Positions 1 to 8,049 of a stretch of DNA of 32,000 nucleotides are shown one piece after another. How positions within the stretch are numbered: position 1 is the stretch's first letter; every line of letters starts with the position of its first letter. The notes under the pieces were generated by a model. That model ran no database searches. It was not told the DNA's origin and worked only from the letters and a program-made list of their open reading frames with translations. The DNA is taken from assembly GCF_000406145.1 (NCBI RefSeq), contig NZ_CM001976.1, positions 747,260-779,259 of the forward strand. The letters are read 5' to 3'. Origin of the DNA: Dickeya dadantii NCPPB 898 (lineage in GTDB: Bacteria > Pseudomonadota > Gammaproteobacteria > Enterobacterales > Enterobacteriaceae). The translations under genes were made by a program, and so were the position numbers.

Positions 1-362
1 ATGTGGAAACTACCCAATCCGGCGTGGCGGGGGAAAACGGCAAGCGGCTGCCGGGGTTGCCGGAGCATATGTTCTCCACCTGGGTAAGCTACGCGTTCAG
101 CGGCCCGCTGGAAGGGCTGACCGTCGGCAGCGGCGTGCGCTATATCGGCAGCTCGTATGGCGACCGTCTGGAAAGCGCCAGTCTGAAAGTGCCGGCGTAT
201 ACGCTGTGGGATGCGATGATCGCTTACGACGTGACCAAAAACTGGCGCGTGCAGGTTAACGCGACCAATCTGGCGAATCATCACTATGTCAGCGCCTGTA
301 ATTTCTGGTGTTACTACGGAGAAGGGCGTGATATTACCGCTAATGTGACGTATCGCTGGTAA
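1..362 (+). CDS. TonB-dependent outer-membrane (siderophore-type) receptor, C-terminal ~119 codons only; the 5' part lies outside the window
   Basis: The frame is open from the window edge (frame of ORF 3..362). The C-terminal beta-barrel signature ...VNATNLANHHY...YYGEGRDITANVTYRW ends in an aromatic residue, as in FhuE/FoxA/FecA-type receptors. Stop TAA is at 360-362. Confidence 0.8.
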   Translation, partial: VETTQSGVAGENGKRLPGLPEHMFSTWVSYAFSGPLEGLTVGSGVRYIGSSYGDRLESASLKVPAYTLWDAMIAYDVTKNWRVQVNATNLANHHYVSACNFWCYYGEGRDITANVTYRW

Positions 363-629
363 TATACCCGTCATACTTCAAGTCGCAGATGCATTGGCTG
401 CCTTGCTCACCCCAGTCACTTACTAATGTAAGTGACTGGGGATGAAATGAGAGACATCCTGTCTCTCACCGCAGGCCAGCCGCTGGCTGGTCAAATTCGT
501 TCCCGACGAATTTGTCACTCGGTCGTCGCGTTACAAGACTCATTATGAGTATTGCCCTGAAGGGCCAATGCGTTGCGTTGTTCAAAACGCCACGCGTTTT
601 GTCCTGCAATTCGAATTATTTTGGGTATA
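363..629. repeat. ERIC/IRU-like intergenic repeat, long form (~267 bp) with a hairpin-rich internal insertion
   Basis: The left end ATACCCGTCATACTTCAAGTCGCA...GCTCACCCCAGTCACTTAC is the reverse complement of the ERIC2-primer region. The right end CCTGCAATTCGAATTATTTTGGGTAT matches the other ERIC terminus. There is a perfect central palindrome at 410-423/428-441. The consensus is quoted from memory. Confidence 0.65.
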
Positions 630-642
630 AGCTCGTAGCGGA

Positions 643-675
643 CGGTATCCCGTCATTGTTAATGGCGGGATACCG
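643..675 (+). other. Perfect 10-bp stem-loop (CGGTATCCCG / CGGGATACCG, 13-nt loop), possibly a 3' structure of the receptor transcript
   Basis: The inverted repeat was read directly from the sequence. No clean U-run follows it, so a terminator function is uncertain. Confidence 0.3.
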
Positions 676-1293
676 CGCCGGCATATTGTTTCCGCTATTT
701 GATCTAACGGGCGTAAGGTTATTTATTCCCGCAGGTTGGTCGCCAATAAAAATAAACTGACTAAACAACGGCGTGTGCGTGAATCAACGCGGCACGTTGG
801 TTATTCTCAAGGCGTTTATTCATCCGAGATATTCCCGTCGCAATAAACCGCAGTCCGCTCTAATCATATGAATTATCTATATTAATATCGGTTCTGCACC
901 TACGCTATCGGCTGTTCTTGCCCACCTTTCTACGATGTGTTTTAGCTCGGTTTTACCCACTAAAATTATAAGGTTTTTATTTTCCCTAGTGATAATGCTC
1001 ACAAGGTTATGGGCGTTTGCCTAATTTTCCGTGTCATAATTTCATCATATGGGAGACATTGCCTAATGACTAAACGAAATACAGCCACAATAATTAAAAT
1101 AAAACGTGGTTTTCTTTTAATTAATACATGATTTCTTTTTTGTGATGTTGATCTCTTCGTCATAGGGCGGCGGGAAAATATATCTGCTTTTCGCTTGATA
1201 CAGATTTACGCCATATAACCGTGCATTTTCCGATACACACAGTTTATCACTGCAAATTTTGTAAATGAGTTAACTATCCAGGCAGGTAACAAC

Positions 1294-2451
1294 GTGAAAA
1301 TAGAATCGATTGATGTCACCGTCTTCACTTACCCCACTCGCCGCGTCTCCGACAGCGCCGGGCATTCACACCCTGGCGCCGAGCATCAGGCTAGCATGGC
1401 GTTACTGACGATCAGCACTGACGAAGGTCACAAAGGCTATGCGTTTGCGCCGCCGGAAGTGATCCGCCCGTATGTGGTGAACGGCTTTTTCCGCAAAGTG
1501 TTGATTGGGCAGGATCCGTTTGATCGTGAGCGGCTGTGGCAGGATCTGGTGCACTGGCAGCGCGGCAGCGCCAACCAACTGACCGACCGGGCGCTGGCGA
1601 TCGCCGAACAGGCGCTGTGGGATCTGGCCGGGCACGCGCTGAACCTGCCGGTGTATAAACTGCTGGGCGGCTACCGCGATAAAGTGCCGGCTTACGGCAG
1701 CACCATGTGCGGCGACGAGCTGCAAGGCGGCCTGTCCACGCCGGACGAGTACGGTCAGTTCGCCGAGATGCTGGTGAAGCGCGGCTACAAAGCCATCAAG
1801 CTGCATACCTGGATGCCGCCGGTGTCGTTCGCGCCCAGCCCGCAAATGGACGTCAAAGCCTGTGCGGCGGTGCGCGAAGCGGTGGGGCCGGATATCTGCC
1901 TGATGCTGGACGGCTACCACTGGTACAGCCGCAGCGAAGCGCTGTACATCGGTCGTGAATTGCAAAAACTGAACTTCACCTGGTTCGAAGAGCCGATGGA
2001 AGAGCAGAGCATGGCGTCTTACAGCTGGCTGAACAAGAATCTGGACATCGACGTCATCGGGCCGGAAAGCCTGGGCGGGAAATACTTCAGCCGCGCCGAC
2101 TGGGTGAAAGAAGGCGCCTGCGACATTCTGCGCGCCGGGGTGGCAGGGCGATGGGCGGGAGTTTCGCCGTGCCTCAAGGTGGCGCATCTGGCGGAAGCTT
2201 TCGGCATGGATTGCGAAATTCACGGCAACGGCGCGCCGAATCTGGCGGTGGTGGGGGCGATTAAAAACTGCCGCTGGTACGAACGCGGTCTGCTGCATCC
2301 GTTCCTGAACTATGACGAACCGGCGGCCTATCTGAATACGCTGGTCGACCCGATGGATGAAGAAGGGTATGTCCATTTGTCGCAGCGTCCCGGTTTGGGC
2401 GAAGACATTAACTTTGACTGGATTGAGGCGCACACCCTGAGTCAGGCGTAG
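1294..2451 (+). CDS. Enolase-superfamily enzyme (mandelate racemase/muconate lactonizing enzyme family; dehydratase or epimerase of unknown substrate)
   Basis: 385-aa ORF with a GTG start preceded by AGGT. The layout is MR/MLE-like: an N-terminal capping domain (ALWDLAGHALNLPVYKLLGG), then barrel motifs KAIKLH, LMLDGYHW, WFEEP, CDILR and CEIHG resembling the metal ligands and acid/base residues of the family. Confidence 0.88.
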   Translation: MKIESIDVTVFTYPTRRVSDSAGHSHPGAEHQASMALLTISTDEGHKGYAFAPPEVIRPYVVNGFFRKVLIGQDPFDRERLWQDLVHWQRGSANQLTDRALAIAEQALWDLAGHALNLPVYKLLGGYRDKVPAYGSTMCGDELQGGLSTPDEYGQFAEMLVKRGYKAIKLHTWMPPVSFAPSPQMDVKACAAVREAVGPDICLMLDGYHWYSRSEALYIGRELQKLNFTWFEEPMEEQSMASYSWLNKNLDIDVIGPESLGGKYFSRADWVKEGACDILRAGVAGRWAGVSPCLKVAHLAEAFGMDCEIHGNGAPNLAVVGAIKNCRWYERGLLHPFLNYDEPAAYLNTLVDPMDEEGYVHLSQRPGLGEDINFDWIEAHTLSQA

Positions 2452-2485
2452 CGCTTGCGGTTCGCGCGGTAGTAACCACTAAAAA

Positions 2486-2530
2486 AACAATACGTTGTCA
2501 AAACAATACGTTGTCAAAAAATACGTTGTC
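2486..2530 (+). repeat. Three tandem direct repeats of AATACGTTGTC (spacing 16 and 15 bp) in the enolase-SBP intercistronic gap; candidate operator or RNA element
   Basis: The copies lie at 2489-2499, 2505-2515 and 2520-2530. The first two extend to the 17-mer AACAATACGTTGTCAAA (2486-2502, 2502-2518). The array sits 33 bp upstream of the SBP start codon. Confidence 0.6.
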
Positions 2531-2562
2531 GTCTTCCATACTTCCACACCTGGAGAAGAATA

Positions 2563-4173
2563 ATGAAAGCACGAGCAATACTTCGTACCCTGCTGTTGAG
2601 CACGCTGTGTATGGCCGCCACACCGGCCATCCTGTCTGCCAAAACCCCTGACGATCAGCTGATTGTCGGCATGAACATGAACAACATGCTGTCGCTGGAT
2701 CCGGCCGCCATGACCGGCAATGAAGTGGTGGGCGTGGTGGTGAATCTCTACGATTCGCTGGTGGAGCTGGATCCCGACAACCTGAGCCACGTTTTACCCG
2801 CGCTGGCGAAAAGCTGGAGCGTAAGCGACGACGGCAAAGTCATCACCTTCAATCTGGTCGATAACGCGAAGTTCCATTCCGGCAACCCGGTGACCGCGGA
2901 GGATTTCATCTGGTCGATGAGCCGGTTGCTGCATCTGAACATGGCGCAGGCGACCACCTGGAAATCGTACGGCTTTACGGCGGATAACGTCGCGAAGATG
3001 ATCCGCGCCAAAGATGCCCACACGGTGGAGATCGAACTGCCCAAGCCCAACGATCCCAAGCTTATCATCTACTCGCTGGCGACGCTGGGCAGCGGCTCGG
3101 TACTGGATCGCAAAACGGTGCTGCAACACGAGAAAAACGGTGACTGGGGCAACGGCTGGCTAACCACCAATGAAGCCGGTTCCGGCCCCTTCAAGCTGGA
3201 TGTGTGGCAGGCGAAAGATGTGCTGCGCATCAGCCGCGTTAGCGGTTACTGGCAGGGCGACGCCAAAATGAAACGTGTGATTTTCCGGCACATGACCGAA
3301 TCGCAGGCGCTGCGGTTGATGATCGAGAAAGGCGACATCGACGTGGCGACCGGCATGTCGGTGCCGGATATCAATGCGCTTAAGCAGGATAAAGATGCCG
3401 TGGTGAAGGAGGTGACCAAAGGCACGCTGTATTACGTGGCGATGAGCCTGAAGAATCAATACTTCGCCAATCCGAAAGTGCGTGAAGCGGTGCGTTATCT
3501 GATCGACTACGACGGCATCAACAACACCGTGATGACCGGCTATGGTTTCTATCATCAGCGCCCGATCCAGAAAGGGATGGACGCCACGCTGCCCGATCCG
3601 GGCTACAAGCTGGACGTGGCGCGGGCCAAAACCCTGCTGACGGAAGCGGGCTATCCGAACGGGTTTGACACCACGCTGCGCGTGCTGTCGGATCAGCCGT
3701 TCCTCAATCTCGCCACCGCCGTGCAGTCCACGCTGGCGCAAGCCGGCATCAAAGTGCAGATCCTCTCCGGCACCGGCAATCAGGTCTATGGCGCGATGCG
3801 CGATCGCAAGTTCGACATGCTGGTCGGGCGCGGCGGCGGCGGCGTAGATCCTCATCCGCATTCCAGCCTGCGTTCCGTGGTCTACAACCCGGATAACAGC
3901 GACGAAGCCAAACTGACCAATTTCCAGGGCTGGCGCACCTCGTTCTACGATAAGCAACTGAACGAGATGATCGATCAGGCGTTGCTGGAAAAGGATCCGC
4001 AAAAGCAGAAGCAGATGTATATCGACGTCCAGAACCGCTATGAGGCGCTGTACCCGGCCATTATTCCGGTTTCCCAGATGATCGATTCGGTCGTGCTGCG
4101 CAAGGATGTCATGAAGTATGTGCCGCATCCGTCCTCCACGACCCACCTGCGGGACGTGTACAAGCAACGCTAG
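2563..4173 (+). CDS. ABC transporter periplasmic substrate-binding protein, family 5 (DppA/OppA/NikA, peptide/opine/oligosaccharide type)
   Basis: 536 aa. GGAG lies 7 nt upstream of the ATG. The signal peptide is MKARAILRTLLLSTLCMAATPAILSA. Length and motifs (LVELDPD..., GSGPFKL, YPNGFDTTL) are typical of cluster-C SBPs. Confidence 0.92.
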   Translation: MKARAILRTLLLSTLCMAATPAILSAKTPDDQLIVGMNMNNMLSLDPAAMTGNEVVGVVVNLYDSLVELDPDNLSHVLPALAKSWSVSDDGKVITFNLVDNAKFHSGNPVTAEDFIWSMSRLLHLNMAQATTWKSYGFTADNVAKMIRAKDAHTVEIELPKPNDPKLIIYSLATLGSGSVLDRKTVLQHEKNGDWGNGWLTTNEAGSGPFKLDVWQAKDVLRISRVSGYWQGDAKMKRVIFRHMTESQALRLMIEKGDIDVATGMSVPDINALKQDKDAVVKEVTKGTLYYVAMSLKNQYFANPKVREAVRYLIDYDGINNTVMTGYGFYHQRPIQKGMDATLPDPGYKLDVARAKTLLTEAGYPNGFDTTLRVLSDQPFLNLATAVQSTLAQAGIKVQILSGTGNQVYGAMRDRKFDMLVGRGGGGVDPHPHSSLRSVVYNPDNSDEAKLTNFQGWRTSFYDKQLNEMIDQALLEKDPQKQKQMYIDVQNRYEALYPAIIPVSQMIDSVVLRKDVMKYVPHPSSTTHLRDVYKQR

Positions 4174-4195
4174 TTGGCGACTGCAGAACGCCAAC
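4173..4195 (+). other. Intercistronic stem-loop directly after the SBP stop codon (GTTGGCG-9nt-CGCCAAC)
   Basis: A perfect 7-bp stem overlaps the TAG stop, and a second imperfect GC-rich hairpin follows at ~4210-4240. The arrangement resembles mRNA-stabilising hairpins after SBP genes in ABC operons. Confidence 0.4.
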
Positions 4196-4259
4196 GTGAA
4201 ATCACCGTGCCGGCGGCGGTTTGATATCCGTCGCCGGCCGGGGTATCGGGAGAAAGAAC

Positions 4260-5318
4260 ATGGTCTTCTCTGATCGGATCAAACCGGGCGAGTGGCTTAA
4301 ACCGGGCGGCACGCTGCGCCGGCTGGCGAAACGCTTACTCCAGGTCGTGGTCACGCTGTTCGGTCTATTGATTCTGACGTTTGTTATCGGCCGCGTCATG
4401 CCTATCGATCCGGTGCTGGCGATCGTGGGGCAGGATGCCGACCAAAGCACCTACCAACAGGTCTACCAGCAACTGGGGCTGGATAAGCCGCTGTACGTCC
4501 AGTTTTGGATTTATTTCAATGCGCTGCTGCACGGCGATCTCGGCAATGCGCTGCTGACCGGCCGTCCGGTCATCGATGACATTATCCGCGTTTTCCCCGC
4601 CACCATTGAACTGGCGACGATGGCGATTATCGTCGGCGCCGGGTTGGGGGTGCCGCTCGGCGTGCTGGCGGCGGCAAGGCGCGGCAAATGGGCGGACTAT
4701 GTGGTGCGTTTTATTAGTCTGGCCGGTTATTCCACCCCGATCTTTTGGGTGGGGATGATGGGGCTGCTGGTGTTCTATGCCTGGCTGAACTGGGTCGGCG
4801 GCGCCGGGCGGGTGGACATGGCCTATGACGGGCTGGTGGAAAACCGCACCGGCCTGTTGCTGGTCGATGCCATGCTGGACGGCAACTGGGAGGTATTTCG
4901 CAGCGCGCTCAATCATCTGGTGCTGCCCGCCACCCTGTTGGGGTTTCACTCGCTGGCGTACATCAGCCGTATGACGCGCAGTTTCATGCTGGCGCAGCTG
5001 TCGCAGGAATACATCATCACCGCACGGGTGAAGGGGCTGTCTGAATTCCGCGTGGTGTGGGCGCACGCGTTCCGCAACATTCTGGTACAGCTGCTGACGG
5101 TGGTGGCGCTGGCTTACGGGTCGCTGCTGGAAGGCGCGGTATTAATTGAAACCGTGTTCTCGTGGCCGGGATTTGGCTCTTATCTTACCGGCAGCCTGCT
5201 GCTGGGCGACATGAACGCGGTGATGGGGTGTGTCCTGCTGGTCGGGTTGATTTTCGTCAGCCTGAATCTGCTGTCGGACATGCTGTATCAGGTCTTTGAT
5301 CCGAGGACGAGAGTATGA
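4260..5318 (+). CDS. ABC transporter permease (DppB/OppB-like)
   Basis: Multi-TM protein with the binding-protein-dependent transport signature region (...SRMTRSFMLAQLSQEYIITARVKGL...). I prefer ATG 4260 (GGGAGA 6 nt upstream) over the TTG at 4221 given by the ORF track. Confidence 0.9.
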   Translation: MVFSDRIKPGEWLKPGGTLRRLAKRLLQVVVTLFGLLILTFVIGRVMPIDPVLAIVGQDADQSTYQQVYQQLGLDKPLYVQFWIYFNALLHGDLGNALLTGRPVIDDIIRVFPATIELATMAIIVGAGLGVPLGVLAAARRGKWADYVVRFISLAGYSTPIFWVGMMGLLVFYAWLNWVGGAGRVDMAYDGLVENRTGLLLVDAMLDGNWEVFRSALNHLVLPATLLGFHSLAYISRMTRSFMLAQLSQEYIITARVKGLSEFRVVWAHAFRNILVQLLTVVALAYGSLLEGAVLIETVFSWPGFGSYLTGSLLLGDMNAVMGCVLLVGLIFVSLNLLSDMLYQVFDPRTRV

Positions 5319-6220
5319 CGATTTCCTCCGAGCCGGTGTTGCACGCCCGGCCACACAAGCGCGCCGGCCGTCTGCAGCTGCGCGGCGCGCGCATACTGGG
5401 TTTTCTGCTGCTGTTGATGCGCAACCCGTTGACGGCGATAGGGTCGGTGATTGTATTAGTATTGATGCTGATGGCTATTTTTTCGCCGTGGATCGCCACC
5501 CATGACCCGCTGGCGCAGGATCTTGCCAATACGTTGCAGGCGCCGAGCGCCAGCCACTGGTTCGGCACCGACGAGTTCGGTCGCGATGTGTTTAGTCGTC
5601 TGGTGTACGGCTCCCGTATCACGTTGTATATCGTGGCACTGGTGTCGATCACCGTCGGGCCGATCGGGCTGTTGCTGGGCGTGGTCGCGGGGTATTACGG
5701 CGGGGTGGTCGACACCATTCTGATGCGTATCACCGACATCTTCATCTCCTTCCCCAGTCTGGTGCTGGCGCTGGCGTTTGTGGCGGCGCTCGGCCCAGGG
5801 TTGGAGCACGTGGTGATCGCCATTACGCTCACCGCCTGGCCGCCGATCGCCCGTCTGGCAAGGGCGGAAACCCTGTCGCTGCGTCAGGCTGATTTTGTCT
5901 CGGCGGTAAAACTGCAGGGCGCGTCTTCGCTGCGCATTCTGCTGCACCACATTGTGCCGCTGTGCCTGCCGTCGGTGATTATCCGTATCACCATGAACAT
6001 GGCCGGGATCATTCTGACCGCGGCCGGTCTGGGCTTTCTCGGGCTGGGGGCGCAGCCGCCCGACCCGGAATGGGGGGCGATGATTTCGGCCGGCCGCCGC
6101 TACATGATGGAGTGCTGGTGGCTGGTGACGATTCCGGGGCTGGCGATTCTGATCAACAGTCTGGCGTTCAATTTCCTTGGAGACGGCTTACGTGACATCC
6201 TCGATCCCAGAACTGAATAA
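5315..6220 (+). CDS. ABC transporter permease (DppC/OppC-like)
   Basis: ATGA overlap with the upstream permease gene (5315-5318). Motifs HWFGTDEFGRDVFSRLVYG and ...ARAETLSLRQADFVSAVKLQG... are typical of OppC/DppC. Confidence 0.9.
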   Translation: MTISSEPVLHARPHKRAGRLQLRGARILGFLLLLMRNPLTAIGSVIVLVLMLMAIFSPWIATHDPLAQDLANTLQAPSASHWFGTDEFGRDVFSRLVYGSRITLYIVALVSITVGPIGLLLGVVAGYYGGVVDTILMRITDIFISFPSLVLALAFVAALGPGLEHVVIAITLTAWPPIARLARAETLSLRQADFVSAVKLQGASSLRILLHHIVPLCLPSVIIRITMNMAGIILTAAGLGFLGLGAQPPDPEWGAMISAGRRYMMECWWLVTIPGLAILINSLAFNFLGDGLRDILDPRTE

Positions 6221-7085
6221 TGTGAATACGACTCACCGTACGCCGCAAGCCGGTTCGCTGCTGGAGGTGGATAATCTGCGGGTGAGTTTCGTCAATGGCC
6301 GCGCGGTGACCGACGCCGTGCGCGGCGTGTCTTTCTCGCTGGGGTGCGAAAAGCTGGCGATTGTCGGCGAATCCGGCTCCGGCAAATCCACCGTCGGGCG
6401 GGCGCTGCTGCGGCTGCATCCGCGCAGCGCCCGCATCACCGCCGACCGGCTGGATTTTAACGGCATCGACCTGCTGGCGGCGGATGAAGCGCGTATGCGC
6501 CAGATCCGCGGTAAACGCATCTCGATGATTATGCAAGACCCCAAGTATTCGCTGAACCCGGTGGTGTGCGTCGGCGATCAGATCGCCGAAGCTTATCTGG
6601 CGCACCACCGCGTCTCGCGGCAGGCGGCGAAAGAAAAGGTGATCGCGATGCTGGACGTGGTGCGCATTCGCCAGCCGGAACGGGTATACGGCCTGTACCC
6701 GCACGAGGTTTCCGGCGGTCAGGGGCAGCGCATTATGATCGCGATGATGCTGATTACCGAGCCGGAAGTGGTGATTGCCGATGAACCGACCTCGGCGCTG
6801 GATGTCTCGGTGCGCTTGCAGGTGCTGGCGATGCTGGATGACCTGGTCAGCGAGCGCGGTCTGGGGCTGATCTTTATCAGTCACGACATCAATCTGGTGC
6901 GCAGCTTCTGCGATCGGGTGCTGGTGATGTACGCCGGCCGGGTGGTGGAATCGATTGCCGCCGCCGATCTGGACCATGCGCAACACCCCTACACCCGTGG
7001 GTTGCTCAATTCATTGCCGGATATCGATCATCCGCGGCCGCGCCTGCCGGTAATGAATCGCGACCCAGCCTGGCTTAACCCGTAA
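6192..7085 (+). CDS. ABC transporter ATP-binding protein (DppD/OppD-like)
   Basis: Walker [10 protein letters not shown], signature VSGGQGQR, Walker [13 protein letters not shown]. The start is uncertain: GTG 6192 has GGAGA 8 nt upstream, and the alternatives are TTG 6177 and GTG 6222. Confidence 0.88.
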   Translation: MTSSIPELNNVNTTHRTPQAGSLLEVDNLRVSFVNGRAVTDAVRGVSFSLGCEKLAIVGESGSGKSTVGRALLRLHPRSARITADRLDFNGIDLLAADEARMRQIRGKRISMIMQDPKYSLNPVVCVGDQIAEAYLAHHRVSRQAAKEKVIAMLDVVRIRQPERVYGLYPHEVSGGQGQRIMIAMMLITEPEVVIADEPTSALDVSVRLQVLAMLDDLVSERGLGLIFISHDINLVRSFCDRVLVMYAGRVVESIAAADLDHAQHPYTRGLLNSLPDIDHPRPRLPVMNRDPAWLNP

Positions 7086-7094
7086 GGAGCGCCT

Positions 7095-7901
7095 ATGACG
7101 ACTGAGGAAAACCACAAAACGCGGGCGATGATTGAGGTGCGCAATCTGAACCTGACGTTTGGTGAAGGAAGCGCGCAAAATCAGGTGCTGTACGATGTAA
7201 ATCTCACCGTTAATGACGGCGAGATTTTTGGTCTGGTCGGCGAGTCCGGCTCCGGAAAAACCACGGTGCTGAAATGTCTGGCCGGGCTGTTCAATCACTG
7301 GCAGGGGCAGTTATGGATCGATGATCGGCCGCTGGCGCACCGCATTGAGCAGGCGCGCTGCCGCCGGGTGCAGATGGTATTTCAGGATCCCTACGGCTCG
7401 CTGCATCCGCGTCATACCGTGGAGACGATTCTGGAAGAGCCGCTGTTAATTCACCGCTTCGCCGATCGGGACGACCGCATCGATACGCTATTGGGAAAGG
7501 TGGGGTTGGGGCCGCAGTTTCGTCGCCGCTATCCTCACCAGCTTTCCGGCGGGCAGCGTCAGCGTGTGGCGATCGCCAGAGCGTTGATTCTGGAACCGCG
7601 GGTGCTGTTGCTGGATGAGCCCACCTCGGCGCTGGATGTGTCCGTGCAGGCGGAGATCCTCAATCTGCTGGCGGAATTGCAGCAGCAGGAGAAACTGACC
7701 TACCTGATGGTGACGCACGATTTGGGGGTGATCGCGCACCTGTGCCATAACGTCGCGGTGATGCAATATGGCCGTATTCTGGAAACGCTCGCCACCGGCG
7801 ATTTAGCCCGCGATACGCCCAAAAGCGCCTATACCACGATGCTGGTGGATGCCAGCCGGCAATACAGCCGGGATTTGGCGGTACGATCGGAACGGATGTA
7901 A
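7095..7901 (+). CDS. ABC transporter ATP-binding protein (DppF/OppF-like, short form)
   Basis: AAGGAG lies upstream of the ATG. Walker A GESGSGKTT, signature LSGGQRQR, Walker [12 protein letters not shown]. Confidence 0.92.
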   Translation: MTTEENHKTRAMIEVRNLNLTFGEGSAQNQVLYDVNLTVNDGEIFGLVGESGSGKTTVLKCLAGLFNHWQGQLWIDDRPLAHRIEQARCRRVQMVFQDPYGSLHPRHTVETILEEPLLIHRFADRDDRIDTLLGKVGLGPQFRRRYPHQLSGGQRQRVAIARALILEPRVLLLDEPTSALDVSVQAEILNLLAELQQQEKLTYLMVTHDLGVIAHLCHNVAVMQYGRILETLATGDLARDTPKSAYTTMLVDASRQYSRDLAVRSERM

Positions 7902-7933
7902 ACCGGGCGCGGATAGACGGATGTGCATAACAC

Positions 7934-7970
7934 GGGAAGACGGCGGCGGTTGTCTTCCCGTTTCCATTTT
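7934..7970 (+). terminator. Rho-independent terminator of the ABC operon
   Basis: GGGAAGAC-10nt-GTCTTCCC followed by GTTTCCATTTT. An overlapping second hairpin is CCGTTTCC-ATTTT-GGAAACGG (7958-7978). Confidence 0.6.
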
Positions 7971-7990
7971 GGAAACGGCCGGAGAAAAAG

Positions 7991-8026
7991 TTGACATTGA
8001 TGATGTTGAGAATGAAAATCATTTGA
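7991..8026 (+). promoter_or_regulatory. Sigma70-type promoter (TTGACA-17-GAAAAT) overlapped by a Fur box, upstream of the fecI-like gene
   Basis: -35 TTGACA at 7991-7996 and -10 GAAAAT at 8014-8019. The 19-mer GAGAATGAAAATCATTTGA (8008-8026) matches the Fur consensus GATAATGATAATCATTATC at 14/19 positions. Confidence 0.6.
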
Positions 8027-8049
8027 TTGTTTTCTGACGAGCCCGCAAC

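Noticed and set aside
512-760. 82-aa plus-strand ORF downstream of the receptor gene
   Set aside because: It lies largely inside the ERIC-like repeat and its hairpins. It has no SD sequence and resembles nothing I recognise.
1066-1131. 21-codon mini-ORF (MTKRNTATIIKIKRGFLLINT) with GGGAGA 9 nt upstream, in the AT-rich leader of the enolase/ABC operon; considered as a leader peptide
   Set aside because: AT-rich DNA produces such ORFs by chance. There is no adjacent attenuator hairpin and no run of regulatory codons, and it cannot be supported without conservation or Ribo-seq data.
1402-2433. 343-aa ORF on the minus strand, fully antisense to the enolase-family gene
   Set aside because: This is a shadow ORF typical of high-GC3 genes. 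Its translation is Arg/Ala/His/Gln-rich low-complexity sequence with no motifs, whereas the sense strand has clear family motifs.
2486-2530. Whether the triple repeat could be a miniature CRISPR array or plasmid-type iterons
   Set aside because: The units are contiguous (15-16 bp period) with no unique spacers, no leader and no cas or rep genes anywhere in the window. It is kept only as a regulatory/RNA repeat.
3160-4194. 344-aa minus-strand ORF antisense to the SBP gene (similar cases: 4365-5066, 5456-5950 and 6168-6986 antisense to the permease and ATPase genes)
   Set aside because: Same shadow-ORF reasoning. There is no SD sequence or start context, and the composition is Arg/His-rich and low-complexity.
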